A stretch of DNA of 64,000 bases, taken from assembly GCA_035649475.1 (NCBI GenBank), contig DASRJM010000164.1:20521-84520 (forward strand), written 5' to 3'. The translations under genes were made by a program, and so were the position numbers. This stretch comes from Acidimicrobiales bacterium. Lineage in GTDB: Bacteria; Actinomycetota; Acidimicrobiia; Acidimicrobiales; VFJN01. The notes below the pieces were generated by a model. That model made no database searches, was not told where the DNA came from, and saw only the letters and a list, made by a program, of their open reading frames with translations. Below are positions 62,842-64,000 of the stretch, one piece after another. How positions within the stretch are numbered: position 1 is the first letter of the stretch; each line of letters begins with the position of its first letter.

Positions 62842-63602
62842 GAGACCCAGCTCCCGCGCTCGACGAGCACCTTCTTCAGGACGTCGGTGCGGTCGGTCAT
62901 GATCCCGTCGACCCCCATGTCGAGCAGGCGGTGCATGTCGGCGGCGTCGTTGATCGTCCACACGTGGACCGGCAGGTCCCGCGCGTGGGCGGCCGCCAGG
63001 AACCGGGGCGTGACCAGGGGGATCCGCCCCTGGCGGGTCGGGACCTGGACGCACGCGGCCGTGAAGCTCCCGGCCGGCAGCCGCCGGGCCGCGGCCACCA
63101 GCCGCGCGACCTGCCGCGGACCCATCGACGTGCACGCGCCCGGCCCGAGGCCCGCCTGTATGCGGCTGAGCCGCTTGTCCGAGAACGCCCCGAAGCACAC
63201 CCGGTCCAACGTGCCGGTCCGCCGGATCAGCTCCACCAGCGGGTCGACCGCGGCGTCGTGCTTGGGGTCGATGTTGATCCGCACGTCCGGCCAGGCCGTG
63301 AGCAGGTCCTCCAGCAGCGGGACGCCCTCGCCGCCCCGGACCCTGGCCGCCCCCACCTCCGCCCACGGCAGGTCGCCGATGACGCCGGCCCGGTCGGTCA
63401 GCCGGTCGAGGTGGTCGTCGTGGAACGCCACCAGCACTCCGTCGGCGGTGACGTGGGCGTCGGTCTCCAGGTAGCGGTAGCCCAGCGCCACCGCCGCCTC
63501 GAACGCCGCCATGGTGTTCTCGCCCGGGCCGCCCTCGGCGTGCGCCCCCTGGTGGGCGAACGCCAGGGGACCCGGCCAGTCGAGGAAGGGAAACGAAGCC
63601 AT
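62838..63602 (-). CDS. glycerophosphodiester phosphodiesterase family protein
   Basis: ORF 62838..63851 trimmed to the ATG at 63602 (MASFPFLDW). GDPD motifs ENTMAAFEAAVALGYRYLETDAHVTADGVLVAFHD. Its stop overlaps the E1 GTG by 4 nt. Confidence 0.85.
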
Positions 63603-63670
63603 GTCGGTGCCGGACGGTAGCCGCGACCGGGTAGAACCGACGGGGTGGACCGCGACCGGGAGGAGCCCGC

Positions 63671-64000
63671 CATGCCCGAGGTGACCGCCGTTCCCATCGG
63701 ATCCGACCGGGTCACGACCGCGGACGAGATCGTCGTGACCTCGCCCTACGACGGCAGCGAGGTGGGCCGGGTCCCGGCCTGCGACGCCGGCCACGTCGAC
63801 CGGGCGGTGGCCGCGGCGACCGCCGCGCTGGCCGAGCCGCTCCCGGCCCACGCCCGGGCCGCGGTGCTGGACCGGGCCGCGGTGCTGCTGGCGGAGCGCC
63901 AGGAGGACTTCGCCCGCACGATCGCGGCCGAGGCCGCCAAGCCGCTCAAGACCGCCCGGGTGGAGGCGGCCCGGGCCGTCGACACGTTCCGGTTCAGCGC
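63671..64000 (+). CDS. aldehyde dehydrogenase family protein (3'-truncated by the window edge)
   Basis: My own translation from the ATG at 63671 is open to the window end: MPEVTAVPIGSDRVTTADEIVVTSPYDGSEVGRVPACDAGHVDRAVAAA...AKPLKTARVEAARAVDTFRFS, a typical ALDH N-terminus. Absent from the ORF track because it has no stop in the window. Confidence 0.75.

Overview
Very GC-rich, tightly packed chromosomal segment of Actinomycetota type. I call about 60 CDS, many joined by 4-nt ATGA/GTGA start/stop overlaps. I found no rRNA or tRNA genes, no CRISPR array and no transposase or integrase. All product calls rest on motifs read from the supplied translations, since no database search was possible.

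Gene blocks in order:
- (1) MBOAT O-acyltransferase, flavodoxin and an orphan solute-binding protein.
- (2) Homogentisate catabolism: iclR-hmgA, divergent from an unknown gene that is translationally coupled to fahA.
- (3) FAD-linked oxidase and an LCP ligase.
- (4) Cobalamin nucleotide-loop operon cobU-cobS-cbiB-cobD-cobT, where cobT carries an extra N-terminal domain.
- (5) LMW-PTP plus fructosamine kinase, SGNH hydrolase, a CYTH-CHAD protein coupled to an orphan ParA-like ATPase, msrB, a J-domain protein and a Tat-lipoprotein amidohydrolase.
- (6) A slightly lower-GC islet: unknown membrane protein, DoxX and DUF4188.
- (7) A cell-envelope glycan island of about 19 kb. It holds GT2, an AftD-like giant GT-C, GT4, a methyltransferase, polyprenol-phosphate mannose synthase, four more polytopic or GT-C proteins (one fused to an acyltransferase-3 domain) and an FAD oxidoreductase.
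- (8) Two small ORFs, then a CvnA-like sensor and a Roadblock/LC7 protein followed directly by a complete AmmeMemoRadiSam system (AmrS plus a fused AmrB-AmrA).
- (9) Mixed metabolism: acyl-CoA synthetase, thioesterase, cyclophilin, TIGR03085-like protein, ArsC-family protein, O-methyltransferase, crotonase, GGT, RpiR-ALDH-aminotransferase, a fused E1 alpha/beta dehydrogenase coupled to a GDPD, and a partial ALDH.

The most interesting candidate is the truncated conservon, which lacks DUF742 and a GTPase and sits in tandem with the function-unknown AmmeMemoRadiSam genes. Next are the GT-C-rich glycan island with its GT-C/acyltransferase fusion, the CYTH-CHAD/ParA pair, and the unknown gene coupled to fahA.

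Many long ORFs in the track are antisense or out-of-frame artefacts of the high GC content and were rejected.
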